Shown: positions 39,649 through 42,294 of the stretch, piece after piece | Position numbering within the stretch: the first letter of the stretch is position 1 | How the letters are laid out: every line of letters begins with the position of its first letter | Position numbers and translations under genes: made by a program | Assembly: GCA_964650365.1 (NCBI GenBank) | Contig: CAZYTR010000207.1 | Location: forward strand, 1-42,294 | DNA from: an uncultured Alcaligenaceae bacterium | GTDB taxonomy: Bacteria; Pseudomonadota; Gammaproteobacteria; Burkholderiales; JACQAP01 | Reading direction: 5' to 3' | Length of the DNA: 42,294 bases | Notes under the pieces: generated by a model | The model's database searches: none | Told to the model about the DNA's origin: nothing | The model's input: the letters and a program-made list of their open reading frames with translations, nothing else

Positions 39649-39924
39649 TCAGGCCGCCCCACCCGTGAATCGTCGCGAAAGTAAATTGTAGAGCCACCCG
39701 AACACAGCACCGGCAATTGCCCCATCTACCAACGCATAAAGGGTTCCTGTAACGACCGAACCGATAGTCGCACCCGCATGGTAGCCGGGGTAAATGGAGG
39801 CAGCGAGTTCGAGAAATGCGCTACCGTAACCCGGCCAGATCAAGTTTGCCGAGGCTACGGTAAGAACCGCCGCGCCCCAGATAAGTCCAGATGTCAAAAA
39901 CAAAGCGGTGACGTTGAATCGCAT
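39649..39924 (-). CDS. Small hydrophobic membrane protein (91 aa, about 3 TM), family unknown
   Basis: A perfect AAGGAGG lies 6 nt upstream of the ATG. The product is Gly/Ala-rich and hydrophobic throughout. Local GC is visibly lower than in the core genes. Confidence 0.5.
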   Translation of the reverse strand: MRFNVTALFLTSGLIWGAAVLTVASANLIWPGYGSAFLELAASIYPGYHAGATIGSVVTGTLYALVDGAIAGAVFGWLYNLLSRRFTGGAA

Positions 39925-39994
39925 ATTGCCTCCTTCGTAAAAAATGAGTAGTCGTAACGATCGGCGCAGTCTGACCGGTGTTTAGTCCGATGGT

Positions 39995-40195
39995 TCACTT
40001 GCGCGTTTCCAGCCATAGCATTGCCGCGAGACCCGCGGCAACTACAAAGGCAATCCCGCTCACCCACGCGGGAATGCTGACTGCATTCACTGTGACCTCC
40101 CAGCCCAGGATGAATCGCAAAAATTGCAGTACGGAAATCAGCGAAAAGACAACAATCGAGATGATGGTGAAGGGTTTCTTCATTTTGGTCTCCAC
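39995..40195 (-). CDS. Small membrane protein (62-66 aa, 2 TM), family unknown
   Basis: There are two hydrophobic helices. The more likely start is the second ATG at 40183 (MKKPF), which has GGAG 7 nt upstream. Confidence 0.4.
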   Translation of the reverse strand: METKMKKPFTIISIVVFSLISVLQFLRFILGWEVTVNAVSIPAWVSGIAFVVAAGLAAMLWLETRK

Positions 40196-40310
40196 TGAAC
40201 AGGATCGCCAGATCTACGGGTTTTCAGCGCTCTAAGATGCCCACCAGCGGCCGGCGCACCGGCGCTCGCGAGTAGTAGCCAGGGTCATGCCGGCCCACTC
40301 CATACGCGCT

Positions 40311-41198
40311 TTAGGCGGCCGTTTCATCGCGTGGGCCTGCTTGCGCCCGCACCATTCGCTGTGACAGCAAGCGCCGCGGAATCACCAACAGGTAGTAGAG
40401 GGACCCGAACGGGAACCAAAGTATCAGGGCAAGTGCGAAGCCGGCACGCCTCAACCACCCGACGTCCACGACTGGATGCCGCATCTGCTCGAACAGAGCG
40501 CGCGGCATCCCGAGCAACCCCCACACCAAATATTGCCGCACGCGGGAAGTCAGAGCGTCGGGTGTGGAATACAGAGCGTCTCGCGAACGATCACGCGCCT
40601 CGCCCATGAGTTGCACGTACGTCCTGACCAGACCGAATCCCTCGTAGGCTTCTTCGCCCATCAGGAACTTCCCGCTCATCTGACGTCCGATGTCCCGGTA
40701 CGCAGACTCGGACATGAGAAGATACTCATCGCTCGGCACCGAGTTCTTGAGGAGCCGGTGGGCCAGGATCACGTCGGCTCCCGAAACCTGCGCGAATCGA
40801 CCGATTGTATGGAACACCGCGCGTCCGCTGTGAACGATCAGCTTGAGCTTGAGTTCGTTTGCATTCTTGCAGATCGCGCATTTGCACGGCGTTGCTTCAG
40901 CCGCAGCGACCATGCCCTCAAGAAAGACCTCAAAGAAACGGACCAGTTTCGTGCGCACCTTCTCAAGCGCTTCTCGCCAGGCGTCGTCATTGCCGGGGTG
41001 GGCTGCGTACAGAAAGACGGCGTCGCCTTCGATCTCCTGAAGTTGCAGGGGAATGTCGACCTCACGAAGGATCGTCTCGATCAGGAAGGTGATGCACTGC
41101 TGCCCATGCACCGCCGCCAGCTGATTCTCGACCATGAACTTCGTGTACCCGCTGATGTCAGCGAGAATTATGATCAGTTGCTGTTCACGAGGGTCCAT
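40311..41198 (-). CDS. DUF2652-like protein: class III nucleotidyl-cyclase-homology domain with a C-terminal hydrophobic hairpin
   Basis: LADISGYTKFM, EIEGDAVFLYA, IVHSGRAVFHTIG and SGADVILAHRL parallel the class III cyclase motifs F.DI.GFT, IGDA, GIH.G.V..G.IG and GD.VN.A.R. The C-terminus (AGFALALILWFPFGSLYYLLVIP) is hydrophobic. Confidence 0.6.
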   Translation of the reverse strand: MDPREQQLIIILADISGYTKFMVENQLAAVHGQQCITFLIETILREVDIPLQLQEIEGDAVFLYAAHPGNDDAWREALEKVRTKLVRFFEVFLEGMVAAAEATPCKCAICKNANELKLKLIVHSGRAVFHTIGRFAQVSGADVILAHRLLKNSVPSDEYLLMSESAYRDIGRQMSGKFLMGEEAYEGFGLVRTYVQLMGEARDRSRDALYSTPDALTSRVRQYLVWGLLGMPRALFEQMRHPVVDVGWLRRAGFALALILWFPFGSLYYLLVIPRRLLSQRMVRAQAGPRDETAA

Positions 41199-41319
41199 CG
41201 ACCATACCTATTCAAATAGAGTTCGGAGTTCTTGCGGCACCGGGCAAATCCGAATCGAGACCGCCGAACGTCCGGCATCAGCCGCGCGCGGCATTTTGTG
41301 CGTTGGCTGTATGCCGTGG

Positions 41320-41904
41320 TTATGTTTCCACTTTCGTTAGTGCGCGCTCGATCCGCCGGTCCGGTATGAGCCATAGGAGCGCAACGAATACATACAGACT
41401 CAAGGAAACCCAGTGCCACCAGAACGCCACAGCAATGGCAACCGCGTACAGAACGAGTGACAACTTGCCCTTCCAGTCGCCTCCGACAGCTTTCTTGAGA
41501 ATAGAGTCGGGACCCTGCGACGCAATGATCAGCTGTTGCAATATCCAGTACGCGATCGCAGCCATCAGGAGAACAACGCCATATAGCGCCGATGGTGTGG
41601 CCGCGAAGTGGTTCTCACCCATCCAGCCAGTCGAGAACGGTACCAGGGACAGCCAGAACAAGAGGTGTAAATTTGCCCAAAGCACTGGCCCCGTGACTTT
41701 TTTACACGCATGCAGCATGTGGTGGTGGTTGTTCCAATAAATACCCAGGTAGACGAAGCTCAGGACATAGCTCAGGAATACCGGGATTACTGGCGCCAGG
41801 AACTCTATGCCAGCGCCGTGAGGCACCTTCATCTCCAACACCATGATGGTGATGATGACGGCGATGACGCCATCACTGAACGCTTCCAGCCGATTCTTTC
41901 CCAT
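41320..41904 (-). CDS. TMEM175 family (DUF1211) potassium channel homologue
   Basis: The 194-aa product has six predicted TM segments. The N-terminus RLEAFSDGVIAVIITIMVLE carries the RxxxFSD signature of helix 1. Confidence 0.75.
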   Translation of the reverse strand: MGKNRLEAFSDGVIAVIITIMVLEMKVPHGAGIEFLAPVIPVFLSYVLSFVYLGIYWNNHHHMLHACKKVTGPVLWANLHLLFWLSLVPFSTGWMGENHFAATPSALYGVVLLMAAIAYWILQQLIIASQGPDSILKKAVGGDWKGKLSLVLYAVAIAVAFWWHWVSLSLYVFVALLWLIPDRRIERALTKVET

Positions 41905-41921
41905 TTAGACTCCGCTCGCGG

Positions 41922-42188
41922 TCAAAGTACCTTCCACTTCGCAAAGACTGCGACCGCCGGGGGCAACAAGAAGTTCAACAGGAAGATCGGTAGTTCTTCT
42001 TGAAACGAATAGCCCGCTTGCGAAACACCAACCCACATGTTCGCTGATGCAGCGACAAACCAAATCACGACGAATGAGACGGTCGCCGTGGTCATGGATG
42101 AAGTGCTCGACCCGAAAAGGAGCTTTGCAACTCCAAGACAAGCTGCCCACAGCACAAAGCCCACAACAATGATGATGACAGTGCGCAT
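41922..42188 (-). CDS. Small membrane protein (88 aa, about 3 TM), family unknown
   Basis: GGGAGG lies 5 nt upstream of the ATG. The product is hydrophobic. Its stop is 17 nt upstream of the TMEM175-like gene start. Confidence 0.45.
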   Translation of the reverse strand: MRTVIIIVVGFVLWAACLGVAKLLFGSSTSSMTTATVSFVVIWFVAASANMWVGVSQAGYSFQEELPIFLLNFLLPPAVAVFAKWKVL

Positions 42189-42294
42189 GCCGCCTCCCGT
42201 TATTGACTGGTGATCGGCGAGATGGTTACAGAAAGATAACGTTTGCGCTCTTCCGCGCGCAACGGCCGTAGGCCGCTGCCCGTTGGCTGTAGCG

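Noticed and set aside
41270-41300. The GC palindrome GCCGCGCGCGGC followed by ATTTTGTG between the TMEM175-like and DUF2652 genes, considered as a terminator.
   Set aside because: The T-run is on the plus strand while both flanking genes are on the minus strand. The stem is only 6 bp with no loop.
39012-42294. A genomic island integrated at tRNA-Arg, with an att direct repeat.
   Set aside because: I found no copy of the tRNA 3' segment (TTCGACTCCCGCCGGGCGC) downstream and no integrase in the window. The first gene after the tRNA (yqaA-like) has core-like GC. Only the weaker statement of patchy lower GC is kept as a finding.

Overview
This 42.3 kb window is high-GC chromosomal DNA (roughly 60-67% by eye, not computed). 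Gene content and order fit a beta-/gammaproteobacterium, and almost all of it is housekeeping.

Genes in order:
- A polyamine-type ABC permease tail and a PatD-like aminobutyraldehyde dehydrogenase.
- msbA, a class-C-like serine hydrolase, a GNAT acetyltransferase, panE, an acyl-CoA ligase and a SnoaL-like exported protein.
- polA, a LOG-family protein, thrB, a membrane protein and uvrD.
- leuS-lptE, metXW, ampG, xthA, pyrE and a DUF4124 protein.
- gatCAB, then mreBCD-mrdA-rodA-rlpA.
- A PfkB kinase, a PlsC-type acyltransferase, apaH, a membrane-anchored cytochrome c5, tRNA-Arg(CCG) and a YqaA-like protein.
- A patchily lower-GC tail (39.5-42.3 kb) of minus-strand genes: three small membrane proteins, a DUF2652 cyclase-fold protein and a TMEM175-like channel.

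I saw no rRNA, CRISPR array, transposase, integrase or recognisable defence gene.

The most unusual signal is non-coding. A family of composite hairpin elements has arms built from tandem 7-9 nt purine-rich units, with the complementary pyrimidine-rich units on the other side, around a 77-100 nt centre.
- There are five full copies (1.8, 19.4, 29.8, 34.5 and 38.1 kb), one half copy (9.2 kb) and one solo array (gatA-gatB spacer).
- The same unit arrays also occur in frame inside the polA interdomain linker.
- The unit sequence differs between copies while the two arms of each copy stay complementary.
- Three copies fill the whole stop-to-start spacer inside operons.

All homology calls come from reading the translations. 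No database search, folding or statistics were run.
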